Positions 1 through 10,640 are shown, counted from the stretch's first letter. The stretch: 64,000 nucleotides of DNA from Candidatus Parcubacteria bacterium (GCA_039795775.1 JBDKLC010000005.1:3654-67653); one strand, 5' to 3'. Numbers and translations are program-made. Notes: generated by a model from the sequence alone, not told the origin.

Positions 1-2
1 TC

Positions 3-1517
3 TTGGTTTTTGTATTCGTTTTATTTTTTCTTCCCGTTTCAGTACAGGCAGCAAATATCAAAGTTCAACTTGATGTTTTTGTATGTAATAACAACCTCAT
101 TTGTGAAGATGTCATTGGTGAAAACTATGGCTCATGTCCGTCTGACTGTGAAGCTCCAACATCTACTCCGACAACCACTCCGTCTTCAACTCCTCCTGCA
201 ACGACAAATACATCAACAAACTTCGGGCAGTATGCATATTCTTCTGGAGGCATCACTGGTCAGAACCAAAAGCCCAACAGCACCTCAACAATCACAAACG
301 ATATTGTTGGGGCTATCGCTGTTTCACCTCTGACAGATTCTGCTGTGGTATCTTGGAATTCAAAACTCCCGTCACTCATGACGTTTTCTTGGGGAAAAAC
401 AGCTCAATACGAGATTGGTAGTATTGCTGAATCTTGGTATCACACAGCGTTCAAGGTGAATCTCGATTCTCTCGACCCTGGACGGCAGTATTATTACAAA
501 ATTACTCTTAAAGATACGCTTGGAGTAGAGAAGACCGTTGAAGGGACATTTATGACACTGCCTATTGAAAATAAGGCACCAGTTCCACCAGATAGTTTTA
601 AGGCAACAATTAACGGGTCAGGTATTGTATTCGAATGGAATAATCCAGACGATGCTAATTTTTCATATGTACGCCTCGTACGATCTACAAACGGATATCC
701 AAAAGACACGCTTGATGGAAAGGTTGTGTATGAAGGTAGGGGAACATACTCGCGAGATATCAATATTGAAAATAAAAAAGGCTACTACTACTCGTTGTTT
801 GCCGTAGATAAAAATGATCGAGCATCTTCACCTGCTATTTTGTATATCGATTACGATAAATTTGCTTTTGAGCGAAGAACTGCAACTACAACGGGCACCT
901 ATGATCCGCTTCTTCGAAACGACGATCCGTATATCTCGACTGTGTATCCTTTGACCAACGATACATACAAACTTTGCGGTTCAATGAGTGGTGTTATTAA
1001 AAATCGATTGGCTGGAGGTGCAGTTAGTGATCCGTTACCACTTGGTGATGTCGCTTTTTTCCAAAATGGATCAAAAATAGATAGAAATCCTGATGAAAAA
1101 GTAGCAATTTTAAATGGACCTGTACTTATTCGAATAAAAAGTACTTTAGTGCCGTTTAATGAGCGTTCGGCAATGGCATTTTGTGTGTCTGGAGGGGTAG
1201 AAGAAGTGCAAAAAGCATACTTATTTTCTTACAACACAAAAAGTGGCTATTTTGAAGTAATTATCCCCGCTTTTAGCCATTTTATTGATTACGATTTCTA
1301 CGTAGGAATGCTAAAATATGGAGTAGAAGAACAGATTCTTTCGCGCGGAGAATTTGCTCTTCAAAACGGTGTTTCTCCATCCATCCAATTTGCTGCTTTG
1401 ACTGTTATAAAAACACTGATTCACAACGTACTTTCCGATGAACGATTCGTTTTCTTACTTCTTCTCCTTTCTTTCATAATTGCCACACGAATTCTGATCA
1501 ACGTGTTTAAAACCTGA
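3..1517 (+). CDS. Secreted/membrane-anchored surface protein with Cys-rich motif and fibronectin type III-like domains (possibly 5'-truncated)
   Basis: Signal-like N-terminus, CNNNLICE..ENYGSCPSDC motif, S/T/P linker, FN3-like segments (VVSWNS..LDPGRQYYYKI; FEWNNP..YYYSLFAVD) and a C-terminal TM helix. Confidence 0.7.
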   Translation: MVFVFVLFFLPVSVQAANIKVQLDVFVCNNNLICEDVIGENYGSCPSDCEAPTSTPTTTPSSTPPATTNTSTNFGQYAYSSGGITGQNQKPNSTSTITNDIVGAIAVSPLTDSAVVSWNSKLPSLMTFSWGKTAQYEIGSIAESWYHTAFKVNLDSLDPGRQYYYKITLKDTLGVEKTVEGTFMTLPIENKAPVPPDSFKATINGSGIVFEWNNPDDANFSYVRLVRSTNGYPKDTLDGKVVYEGRGTYSRDINIENKKGYYYSLFAVDKNDRASSPAILYIDYDKFAFERRTATTTGTYDPLLRNDDPYISTVYPLTNDTYKLCGSMSGVIKNRLAGGAVSDPLPLGDVAFFQNGSKIDRNPDEKVAILNGPVLIRIKSTLVPFNERSAMAFCVSGGVEEVQKAYLFSYNTKSGYFEVIIPAFSHFIDYDFYVGMLKYGVEEQILSRGEFALQNGVSPSIQFAALTVIKTLIHNVLSDERFVFLLLLLSFIIATRILINVFKT

Positions 1518-4500
1518 TGAACCTGTTCTACACACAATGGAATAAACAAGTAGCCACTGCGACAAAAAAAATAGTTGCAGGACTTTTTGTATTTGCACAG
1601 ATCATTTCTCCGTTTGCTTTTTTGGTTCCTCAGGTTGCTGAAGCGGCAGTAAACCGACAAATGAACTATCAGGGTAAGCTCATGACAGCATCAAACGTTG
1701 CTGTACCAGATGGAACATACAACATGGAATTTAAGTTGTACGCTACTGCGGGAACAACAACACCACTTTGGACAGAAACACGAACAAGTGGAGACAAGGT
1801 GACAGTCACAAACGGACTTTTCTCAGTAATGCTTGGAGAAGTGACAGCCCTCACCGGAGTAGATTTTAATCAGACATTGTACTTGGGTGTAAACATCGGA
1901 GGTACAAGTTCACCATCTTGGGATGGAGAAATGTCTCCACGAAAAAAACTTGGTTCAGTTCCTTCTGCACTCGTTGCAGAAACTTTGGATGGAAAATACG
2001 CTGGACAGTTTTTGCGAAGTGATGCGGTAAATGCTACAAACACTTCTTCAACATTTCTTTCATTAACACAAAATGGTACAGGAGATATTGCACAGTTTAT
2101 CGGAACAAGTTCAGTATCAGCTCTTATCATAAAATCAAACGGAAATGTTGGAATTGGAACAACAACACCAGCCGGAGCATTTCAAGTTCATCGAACAAGT
2201 GGATCTTCAGATATTTACGTTACAACTGATGTAAACGTTGGCTCTGCAAATACTGCGTCACTTCAGTTCATCAGTGACAACGACGGAACTCCAAATCCTG
2301 CAGGCCTTGGACAATTCAACGACGGCAGTCTTCGACTCAGTGGTGCAGGCAACTTGGTGACACCAGATATGGTGATTACTGATGCTGGATTTATTGGTAT
2401 TGGCACTACAACTCCTGGATACAGACTTACAGTTGCTGGTATTTTAAATCCAACAACAATTTACGCATCAAGTGGAAGTGCTGCAGCTCCATCAATTGCC
2501 TTCGAAGCTGATGCTGCTCACAACACTGGTTTGTACTACGCTGGAGGAGGTTCATTCTCAGCTGTAGCAGTTGGTACTCGAGTATTCTCAGTTCAAACAA
2601 ATGGTTTGTATTTTAATACTGGATCTGTGTACAACAGTACAGGTACAGCAGCGTTTCCATCTGTAACAGAAAAAAACTTAGGAACAACAGGTCTTTTCTG
2701 GCCAACATCTGGAATGCTTGGTATTAGTACTGGAGGAGTAGAAAGACTTCGAGTAGATGGAAATGGAAATCTTGGTATTGGAACGTCTTCACCAGTCGCG
2801 TCTCTCGCCCTCACCGGAACAGCTGGATTTTCTCCACTTCTCATTGCTTCATCTACAAACGCACGATTGTTTGAAATCAACCAATCAGGCGCAATGCTCG
2901 TAGGTAACTCTGCCGGAACAGCTGGGTTTGTATTGCAATCAAATGGAGCAACAGGAGTTCCAATCTGGGTTGCAACTTCTTCACTTGGAATTTCAGGTGG
3001 TTCTGGAAACTCTGCATTTACAATCGGTAACGGATTTATATTTAATGCTACTTCTACTGACAACGTTGGTATTGGTACTACTACACCGATAGCAACACTT
3101 TCTGTAAAAGGAAGTGGTTCTTCAAATCCGTTTGTTATTTCGTCATCTTCTAACGCACAACTTGTAGTAGTTACAACTGCGGGCAACTTTGGTATTGGTT
3201 CATCAAGTCCACAATCAAAACTTTCAATATTGGGTGATTCAACTTCGGTTGGAAGTGCTTCAACTACAATCGCTGCGTACGGAGGAGCTGGTGGTTCAGG
3301 TAATGGAGTTGGAGGTGGATTTATATTCCAGGGTGGACAAGGTGGTACTGGTGGAGTTGGAGGTTCATTCATTGCTGTTGGAGGTTTTGGAGGAGCTTCA
3401 GGTGGTGGTGGTGGTGCAATCAGTCTTACTGGAGGAACAGCTGGAACAAGTGGAGTTGGAGGTTCTGTAACAATTGCCGGAGGAACAACGGGTGGTAGTG
3501 GTACTGGAGGATCAGTATATATATATGGATCAACTGCCCCAGGTGGATCAACTGGCGCAACAGTACTTGGTATGACAGCTGCATCAGTACAGTCAGGCAA
3601 CGTAGGTGTTGGTTCGTCATCACCAATTGCTAAATTCTCTATTATGGGTGTTGGAGGCACAACACCTCTCGCTATCGCTTCATCAACAGGAGCGAATCTT
3701 CTCAGTATTGACCAAGCTGGTCGACTCCTTGTAGGAACTACATCATCACAGTCAGGTATCCTTCATCTCGCTGCTCAATTGGGTAACAACACAATGCTTA
3801 CTCTCGAAAGTCCTACAGCAAACGAAGCATCAATGTATTTCAAGAATACAGCGTCTTCATGGTCTGTTGGTAACAACAGTGCTGGTGCATATGTTATCGC
3901 CAACTATCCAGGCAGTGTAGGTACAGGACAGATGGTAACAATCTTGCCATCATCAGGTAACTTTGGTATTGGCTCTACAACACCTGGAGCAAAATTAGTA
4001 GTTGCTGGACAAACAATTGGTGAATACTTTACAGCAACAAGTACTACAGTTGCATCTCGATTTACGCTTGCATCTACAACAGCTGTTACTGTCACAACTG
4101 ATTATTATTTAAGTAGTGGATATATTCATGATTCAGGATCTGGAGGAGTTACATTTAATTATGCTGGTGTACAAGTTGGACGATTTGGTCAAACAGGTAA
4201 CGGCATAGGTTTAGAAGGTACAAACAATAACGCATCAGGAAAAGCACTTGTAGCTATTCAATCAAACGCTGCAGGATTTGCCCTTCACTCAACAGGAGGT
4301 ATCAACTATATAGAAAAGAATCTCGGTCTTGGTACAACAACACCACGATCTACATTGTCTGTTTTTGGAGATGCACTTCTTGAAGGAGCAAGCAGATATC
4401 TTAACTTTGGCACATCTTCAGCTACAGGTACATCAGGATACGGATTTAGAGACAACGCTGGAACAATGGAATTTAAAAATTTAGGAGGGTCATGGGCTGC

Positions 4501-7500
4501 TGTTGGTTCGGGTGGTGGAGGATCGGGAAATGCTGCATTTACAATTGGTAACGGCTTTATCTATAACGCTACATCTACAGATAGTGTAGGTATTGGAACA
4601 TCGACACCTTTAGCTAAGCTAAATATATTGAGCACAACAGAGCAATTGAGACTCTCTTATAGTAGTGCTGTCAGCTCTAAGTTTACTGTTAATTCAACTG
4701 GTGGGCTTGATATTGTCCCTTCAGCAAATAGTGATGCTGCATTTACAGTCTCTAACGCTGCTGGAGCTGATCAGTTTAAAGTTGATACCTCAAATGGATC
4801 GGTTTATTTACCAAATTATAACATTCAGTTAGGGGATTCTAGCTTAGGAATGGCTCTTACTGTAGGACAATCTTCTTTAACAGCTAGTGATTCAGGCATT
4901 GGCTATAGCGCATGGAGTATTAACAGAGGATCTTCTGGAGGTGTGATATTTGGTGATAGTACTTACGAAGGATCTGACCTCAGTGTTAATGGATTAAGTT
5001 TTCCAAATACTTTGAAAGTTAAGGGAAGTAGTGGAAGTGTTGGTATTGGTACTTCAAGTCCAATGGCCAAGTTTTCAGTATATGGTAACGCTCTTCTTGA
5101 AGGAACTTCACGATACTTAAACTTTGGCACCGCAACAAGTTCAGCAGGCTACGGATTCAGAGACAACGCTGGAACAATTGAATTTAAGAATTTAGCTGGT
5201 TCATGGGCTGCGGTGAGTTCTGGTGGTGGAGGTGGTGGATCTGGAAATGCTGCATTTACAATCGGAAACGGCTTTATTTACAATGCAACATCAACAGACA
5301 AAGTAGGTATAGGCACAACTACTCCTGGAAGTAGACTTACTGTTGTAGGAACAACAACAACAGATTTCTTGGTAGTAGGATCAAGTACAGCATCAAGCTT
5401 TGCAAATATGCTTGCGTATTTTGCAGGTAACTCAAACAACTATGTTCAAGTAAATGCACAAAACAAGTCATCAGGAAACAATGCCTCAACAGACTTCGTA
5501 GCAACAGCTGACAACGGTGATGATACTCAGTATTACGTAGACCTCGGTATTAACAGTTCTGGATATTCAGATCCGTCATATACAATCGTAGGCGCAAATG
5601 ATGCGTACTTGTATTCACAATCAAGTGCGCTCGTTATTGGTACAGCGAGTACAACAAATCCAAATGCTGTTATTAAATTCCATACAGGGGGAACACTCGC
5701 AGCCGATGAAGCTATGCGAATTGATACTAACGGAAATGTCGGTATTGGTACAACAGCACCAGTTGAGAGATTGCAGGTTGCTGGAAACGTACTTGTAGGT
5801 GCTCGATCAAGTACAGCAAGAACATGGTCTCGAATTTCAAGTTCAACAGCCGGAACAATTGCAGAAGATGCCGGTTCATCAGGATCTATTGCATCTACAA
5901 CAGCTATGGCAGTGTATAATGGATCGCTCTACATTGGTACTGGAAAAGTTGGAGCTGCAGAAGTGTATCGATATGACGGTGGTTCAAACTGGACTCGAGT
6001 ATCAAGTAGTACACCGGGAACAATTGCAGAAGATGCTGGTTCAACTGGTTCTATTGATGCCGTACGATCTATGGCTGTATACAATGGATACCTTTTCGTA
6101 GGAACAAGTAAGCTTAACTCAGCCGAAATTTATCGATACGACGGTAATAGTACATGGACACGAGTATCAAGTAGTACACCGGGGTTTATTGGTGGCTTTG
6201 GTCTTGCTGCTACAACGACTACAGCTGTTACATCTCTCGTTGTAAACAATGGGTCATTGTACGCTGGTACTGCGACAACAGGTAAGGCTGGTATCTTCCG
6301 ATATGATATTGGTCCTTCAGCACTAGCTACTGGAGGAAATACATGGCAAGCTCTTACAGCTACGGCCGGTACTATCGGTGCGGATGCATCTGTCGATGAA
6401 GTTAGTGTGCTCGTGTCATGGAACAACGTACTCTATGCCGGTACAAAGAAGGCAAACGCTGCCGCATTGTATCGATATGACGGTGCATCTACATTCACTC
6501 GAACAAACACTGCTGCAGGTACATTCACAGGTACTGGTCTTGCTTCTATTGACGCCGTCGATGCTGCTGCGGTGTTTGATGGAAAATTGTATCTCGCTAT
6601 TTCGGATCCAAACGCTGCCCGAGTCGTTCGATTTGATACCAACCAAAACGGAGGTGTGGTGACTACATGGGCTACAACATCAAGTTCTACTTCAGGTGTT
6701 ATTGCTGAAGACGTAGGTGCTACTACAGGTATAGACCGAGTAAACTCATTTGCAATTTACAAAAATGACTTGTACGCCGGTACATATGAATCTAACGGTG
6801 CCGAACTTTACAAATTCGACGGTGGAACAACATGGTCAAAATTCTCTAGTACAACAGCAGGAACAATGGGTACGGGTACAACTGCAGCCATCGACGGTAT
6901 TGGTGCAATGCAGACATATAACGATAACTTGATCATTGCTACTACAGAACCAGGAGGAGCTGAAGTGTATACATTTAACTCAGTAGAAGGTGAATCATAT
7001 GCGTTGAAATTCAATGCGGCTTCTAATAATGCTGATGCGGAACAAAACGGTAACCTCAACACCGCATCTATTATCTTCATGGCTGAAGAACAGGCGTTCA
7101 ACAACGTCGGCAACACAAACACTGGTAAATTCTATTTCTCACACGGTATCAACACAGTGACAGGTGCGTACGACGTTGCGGAAGATTACTCAACACGAGA
7201 TGACCTCCTTGCTCCTGGAGATCTTGTAAGTATTGATACAACTGAACAGACAATGGTGAAGCGATCAGCGGGTAAGAATGATAAAAATATCATTGGTATC
7301 TATTCTGTAGAACCAGCCCTTCGACTTTCTCAGCAAGGTGCACTTATCAATGGTGCTAAGGCGGTGCCAATCGCGCTTGCCGGACGAGTGCCTGTGAAAG
7401 TATCTCTTGAAAATGGTCCAATCAAGATTGGAGATTATCTCGCAGCGGGTTCAGCTCCAGGGTCTGCTATGAAGGCTACACGACCAGGAAAAGTTATCGG

Positions 7501-8422
7501 TCGAGCACTCTCAGCATATAGTGGAGCTGAAGGAGAAGAAGCAAAAGTAATTACATTCATCGGTGTTGAAACAATTACTTGGAATGATATTTCTGAAGCT
7601 CAGGATACTGTCTCAGAGCTTGCTCAAGACGGTGAAGACCCACAGACACGAGACAGTGCACTCGAATTCCTTACATCAGTTGATGATGCTGTAGCTGACG
7701 TAGCTCTTGCCGTTATCAACAAAGTAGACAATCTCACACTTGTTGTAGCAAACAAGATTGTGGCTCTTACTGCAAGTATTCGAGACCTCTTTGTAACAAC
7801 ACTCGCGATTAACCCAGGAGGAAAGATTGTTCTTCCTACAGGAGAAAATCAAATTGCTGGAGTAGGAACAATTATCGCTGGTCAGACAGAAGTATTCGTT
7901 CCAAATACACAGATTACAAAGGATTCAGTTGTTTCTGTAACACCTACAACTGAAGTTGAAGTTCCTCTCTTTGTTTCAAAGAAAGAACCTGGAGTTGGAT
8001 TTACAATCCGAATGGTGCGACCAACAACAACAAACGTAGAGTTTGACTGGTTCTTCGTGAACACATACAAGGCAAACGGAAACATTACCACAACTATAGT
8101 TTCTGGTTCTACAAACACGTCTACTCCAACAAGTACAACACAGCAAACAACGATAACAATTGATGGTTCATCAGTTCCATCAAATCCAGCAGGTGAATCA
8201 ACAGATTCGACTTCTACTTCTGATACAACAGAGGAGGGGATAACCGCTACAACTTCAGAAAATACAGTAACATCTTCACCTGGATCTACGGTCACATCAG
8301 AAACTCCACCACCTTCGGTATCAGATGAACCACCGGTTGATACGAATTCTTCGAACGTAGAATCAGCACCCACACCAGCACCAGCTGATGCACCCACAGA
8401 TAGTGGAAGTACTACAGAATAA
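1517..8422 (+). CDS. Giant fibre-like adhesin (2301 aa): GNVGIGTTTP repeats, Gly-rich segment, beta-propeller and peptidase-G2-like autocleaving chaperone domain
   Basis: Signal peptide, NYQGKL..LWTE..GLFSVMLG N-domain, many GxVGIGT(T/S)xP repeats, MAVYNGxLYxGT blades, DVAE..GDLV..GRVPVKVSLENGPIKIGD, and an S/T/acidic tail. Confidence 0.8.
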   Translation: MNLFYTQWNKQVATATKKIVAGLFVFAQIISPFAFLVPQVAEAAVNRQMNYQGKLMTASNVAVPDGTYNMEFKLYATAGTTTPLWTETRTSGDKVTVTNGLFSVMLGEVTALTGVDFNQTLYLGVNIGGTSSPSWDGEMSPRKKLGSVPSALVAETLDGKYAGQFLRSDAVNATNTSSTFLSLTQNGTGDIAQFIGTSSVSALIIKSNGNVGIGTTTPAGAFQVHRTSGSSDIYVTTDVNVGSANTASLQFISDNDGTPNPAGLGQFNDGSLRLSGAGNLVTPDMVITDAGFIGIGTTTPGYRLTVAGILNPTTIYASSGSAAAPSIAFEADAAHNTGLYYAGGGSFSAVAVGTRVFSVQTNGLYFNTGSVYNSTGTAAFPSVTEKNLGTTGLFWPTSGMLGISTGGVERLRVDGNGNLGIGTSSPVASLALTGTAGFSPLLIASSTNARLFEINQSGAMLVGNSAGTAGFVLQSNGATGVPIWVATSSLGISGGSGNSAFTIGNGFIFNATSTDNVGIGTTTPIATLSVKGSGSSNPFVISSSSNAQLVVVTTAGNFGIGSSSPQSKLSILGDSTSVGSASTTIAAYGGAGGSGNGVGGGFIFQGGQGGTGGVGGSFIAVGGFGGASGGGGGAISLTGGTAGTSGVGGSVTIAGGTTGGSGTGGSVYIYGSTAPGGSTGATVLGMTAASVQSGNVGVGSSSPIAKFSIMGVGGTTPLAIASSTGANLLSIDQAGRLLVGTTSSQSGILHLAAQLGNNTMLTLESPTANEASMYFKNTASSWSVGNNSAGAYVIANYPGSVGTGQMVTILPSSGNFGIGSTTPGAKLVVAGQTIGEYFTATSTTVASRFTLASTTAVTVTTDYYLSSGYIHDSGSGGVTFNYAGVQVGRFGQTGNGIGLEGTNNNASGKALVAIQSNAAGFALHSTGGINYIEKNLGLGTTTPRSTLSVFGDALLEGASRYLNFGTSSATGTSGYGFRDNAGTMEFKNLGGSWAAVGSGGGGSGNAAFTIGNGFIYNATSTDSVGIGTSTPLAKLNILSTTEQLRLSYSSAVSSKFTVNSTGGLDIVPSANSDAAFTVSNAAGADQFKVDTSNGSVYLPNYNIQLGDSSLGMALTVGQSSLTASDSGIGYSAWSINRGSSGGVIFGDSTYEGSDLSVNGLSFPNTLKVKGSSGSVGIGTSSPMAKFSVYGNALLEGTSRYLNFGTATSSAGYGFRDNAGTIEFKNLAGSWAAVSSGGGGGGSGNAAFTIGNGFIYNATSTDKVGIGTTTPGSRLTVVGTTTTDFLVVGSSTASSFANMLAYFAGNSNNYVQVNAQNKSSGNNASTDFVATADNGDDTQYYVDLGINSSGYSDPSYTIVGANDAYLYSQSSALVIGTASTTNPNAVIKFHTGGTLAADEAMRIDTNGNVGIGTTAPVERLQVAGNVLVGARSSTARTWSRISSSTAGTIAEDAGSSGSIASTTAMAVYNGSLYIGTGKVGAAEVYRYDGGSNWTRVSSSTPGTIAEDAGSTGSIDAVRSMAVYNGYLFVGTSKLNSAEIYRYDGNSTWTRVSSSTPGFIGGFGLAATTTTAVTSLVVNNGSLYAGTATTGKAGIFRYDIGPSALATGGNTWQALTATAGTIGADASVDEVSVLVSWNNVLYAGTKKANAAALYRYDGASTFTRTNTAAGTFTGTGLASIDAVDAAAVFDGKLYLAISDPNAARVVRFDTNQNGGVVTTWATTSSSTSGVIAEDVGATTGIDRVNSFAIYKNDLYAGTYESNGAELYKFDGGTTWSKFSSTTAGTMGTGTTAAIDGIGAMQTYNDNLIIATTEPGGAEVYTFNSVEGESYALKFNAASNNADAEQNGNLNTASIIFMAEEQAFNNVGNTNTGKFYFSHGINTVTGAYDVAEDYSTRDDLLAPGDLVSIDTTEQTMVKRSAGKNDKNIIGIYSVEPALRLSQQGALINGAKAVPIALAGRVPVKVSLENGPIKIGDYLAAGSAPGSAMKATRPGKVIGRALSAYSGAEGEEAKVITFIGVETITWNDISEAQDTVSELAQDGEDPQTRDSALEFLTSVDDAVADVALAVINKVDNLTLVVANKIVALTASIRDLFVTTLAINPGGKIVLPTGENQIAGVGTIIAGQTEVFVPNTQITKDSVVSVTPTTEVEVPLFVSKKEPGVGFTIRMVRPTTTNVEFDWFFVNTYKANGNITTTIVSGSTNTSTPTSTTQQTTITIDGSSVPSNPAGESTDSTSTSDTTEEGITATTSENTVTSSPGSTVTSETPPPSVSDEPPVDTNSSNVESAPTPAPADAPTDSGSTTE
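4358..5326 (+). repeat. Duplicated ~84-aa module in the giant adhesin (4358-4609 and 5075-5326); its 3' part recurs at 2999-3088
   Basis: SVxGxALLEGxSRYLNFGT..GYGFRDNAGTxEFKNLxGSWAAV..GSGNAAFTIGNGFIYNATSTDxVGIGT occurs twice; GSGNSAFTIGNGFIFNATSTD occurs a third time. Confidence 0.9.
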
Positions 8423-8439
8423 TAATGTATAATATATAT

Positions 8440-8865
8440 ATGCAACCCGATCTATCATCAACAACTCGATTATCTTTTATGCAAAAAATAATCCGAATTA
8501 TATCAATGCTGTTTCGAAGAAAATTTCTCAAGACTATACTCGCTATTCTTATTCTTTGGATTTTCTTTAGTTTAATTTCATCTTTAAATTCATGGAAGGC
8601 TGTATTCTTGGATACAAACCAAGTGTATTTTGGTAAATCTATTTCTCTTCCATTCTCATCTACTATTACTCTCCGACATGTATACTTCCTCCGAAACGAT
8701 GCAGGGGGAGCAACATCGAGTGTCGCTGTAGTTCCTCTCGAAAGAGATATTCATGGCCCGAAAGACAAGATGACTATCTTCAAAGCTCATATACTATATA
8801 TAGAGGAGTTGAGACCTACATCTATGCTTCTCAAGGCTATCGAAGAGCAAGAAAAGCAGAAATAG
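8440..8865 (+). CDS. Conserved CPR-type membrane-anchored hypothetical protein
   Basis: TM helix followed by WKAVFLDTNQVYFGK..HGPKDKMTI motif; ATG 8440 lies 6 nt after TATAAT (track start 8425). Confidence 0.65.
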   Translation: MQPDLSSTTRLSFMQKIIRIISMLFRRKFLKTILAILILWIFFSLISSLNSWKAVFLDTNQVYFGKSISLPFSSTITLRHVYFLRNDAGGATSSVAVVPLERDIHGPKDKMTIFKAHILYIEELRPTSMLLKAIEEQEKQK

Positions 8866-8929
8866 GCCTAAAAGGGCCTAGGGGCTTCCTTTTTTCAGGA
8901 TTTTTTGGTATGTTAGAGCAACAAATTAT

Positions 8930-9002
8930 GCGAGTATAGCTCAGTTGGTAGAGCACATCACTGATACTGATGGGGTCGTAGGTTCGAATCCTACTACTCG
9001 CA
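8930..9002 (+). tRNA. tRNA-Ile(GAT), CCA not encoded
   Basis: Full cloverleaf: acceptor GCGAGTA/TACTCGC, D stem GCTC/GAGC, anticodon stem CATCA/TGATG, loop CT-GAT-AC (anticodon 8963-8965), T arm GTAGG-TTCGAAT-CCTAC, discriminator A followed by CCG. Confidence 0.93.
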
Positions 9003-9008
9003 CCGTAG

Positions 9009-9045
9009 AAAAAGCCCACTTTTGTCCGACAAAAGTGGGCTTTTT
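9009..9045. terminator. Bidirectional intrinsic terminator after the tRNA
   Basis: Perfect 18-bp inverted repeat AAAAAGCCCACTTTTGTC-c-GACAAAAGTGGGCTTTTT. Confidence 0.8.
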
Positions 9046-9221
9046 ATATGTATATATATGAATGTAAGGCATTTATTGGCTTTTTAAGCTCTTATTGATA
9101 TCAGGTGCACCAAGGCCTAAAAATACAGTAAACCTTCCATTTTTAGCCATATTTATGCTATACTCTGGCCCTATTGGTTAGCGCCAATTTAATTTATTTT
9201 TAAGGAAATTTCATTCGTTAT

Positions 9222-10640
9222 ATGCATTTAGGAAAGAAAACAAAGATCGTCTGCACCATCGGTCCAGCGACTCAGTCCGAAGAGCAGCTTACAAAGCTTC
9301 TCAAGGCAGGTATGAATATCGTTCGACTCAACTTCTCACACGGAGATTTTGCTGAACACCAGGTAAAAGTAGACAACCTCAAAAAAGCTATGGCTAAGAC
9401 AGGTATTCCTGCTGCAATTATGCAGGACTTGTCAGGTCCAAAGTTCCGAATTGGAGAATTCTATCAGGAACGAGTTCAACTCAAAGAAGGTCAGCTCATT
9501 ACTCTTACACCTGAAAAGATTGTAGGCGATGAAAAACGAGTTTCTATCAACTACCCAACACTTCACCTCGAACTCAAACCAGGAAACATGATCATGGTTG
9601 ATGACGGAAAGAAGCAGTTTGAAGTTGTTGAAATCAAGGGCAAAGAAATTGTTTGTAAAATTATCGTAGGTGGAGATACAAAGGGACGACGAGGAGTAAA
9701 CCTTCCTGGCGCGTACCTCAAAGTAAGTTCTCTTACAGAAAAAGACAAAAAAGATATTGCGTTTGGTATCAAGAACAAAGTAGATATCGTTGCATTCTCA
9801 TTCGTACGAACAGGTGCTGACGTTCGAGAACTCCGAGATATTTTGAACAAAGCAAAATCAAAGGCTCTCATCATGTCTAAAGTTGAAACACAGGAAGCTG
9901 TAGAAAACATCGATGAAATTATCGAACTCTCTGATGCAATCATGGTTGCACGAGGAGACATGGCGGTAGAAATTGGCGCTGAAAACGTACCGCTCGTTCA
10001 GAAAATGATTATTGAAAAGTGTAACCGAGTAGGAAAGCCTGTTGTCACAGCGACACAGATGCTTGAATCTATGATCAAATCTCCAGTTCCTACACGAGCT
10101 GAAGTATCTGACGTAGCAAACGCTATTCTCGACGGTACAGATGCAATCATGCTTTCAGAAGAAACAACTCTCGGTGATTTCCCAATTGAAGCTGTAAAAG
10201 TAATGACACGAATTGCACTTCGAGTAGAAGGCGATCTTCTTCACCAGAAGCTCCTCCTCGGAAAGAATGACGAACACGTAGGTGTTGGTCCATCTATCTG
10301 TTCATCAGCTGTAAAGACAGCTTCTCGAGTAGATGCTAAATACATTGTTGCTCTTACTGAATACGGATACGGAGCACGAATGACAGCACGACACCGAGGT
10401 CCAAAGCCAATTCTTACATTGACTCCAAACCCAGTAACAGCTGCTCAGTCAAACCTTGTGTTCGGAACATACCCAATCCTCATTCCAAAGTTCAAGTCAT
10501 TTGAAGATGCTCTTAAGACAATTAAGCCACTTCTTATCAAAATGAAGCTTGTAAAGAAGAATGACAAAATTGTAGTTGTAACTGGCGTGCCTTTTGCAAA
10601 GACAAATGAGTCAAACCTCATGATGGTAGAAACACTCTAA
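9222..10640 (+). CDS. pyk: Pyruvate kinase
   Basis: KTKIVCTIGPAT, RLNFSHG, IMVARGDMAVE, ATQMLESM, PTRAEVSDVANA. Confidence 0.97.
   Translation: MHLGKKTKIVCTIGPATQSEEQLTKLLKAGMNIVRLNFSHGDFAEHQVKVDNLKKAMAKTGIPAAIMQDLSGPKFRIGEFYQERVQLKEGQLITLTPEKIVGDEKRVSINYPTLHLELKPGNMIMVDDGKKQFEVVEIKGKEIVCKIIVGGDTKGRRGVNLPGAYLKVSSLTEKDKKDIAFGIKNKVDIVAFSFVRTGADVRELRDILNKAKSKALIMSKVETQEAVENIDEIIELSDAIMVARGDMAVEIGAENVPLVQKMIIEKCNRVGKPVVTATQMLESMIKSPVPTRAEVSDVANAILDGTDAIMLSEETTLGDFPIEAVKVMTRIALRVEGDLLHQKLLLGKNDEHVGVGPSICSSAVKTASRVDAKYIVALTEYGYGARMTARHRGPKPILTLTPNPVTAAQSNLVFGTYPILIPKFKSFEDALKTIKPLLIKMKLVKKNDKIVVVTGVPFAKTNESNLMMVETL

Noticed and set aside
2593-3660. 355-aa Pro-rich minus-strand ORF and other antisense ORFs in the track
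   Set aside because: Shadows of Gly-rich (GGN) or otherwise biased sense genes; they show no independent motifs
1517-8422. Prophage tail gene next to a tRNA
   Set aside because: It has a signal peptide and host-like codon usage, and no integrase, capsid, terminase or att duplication is visible
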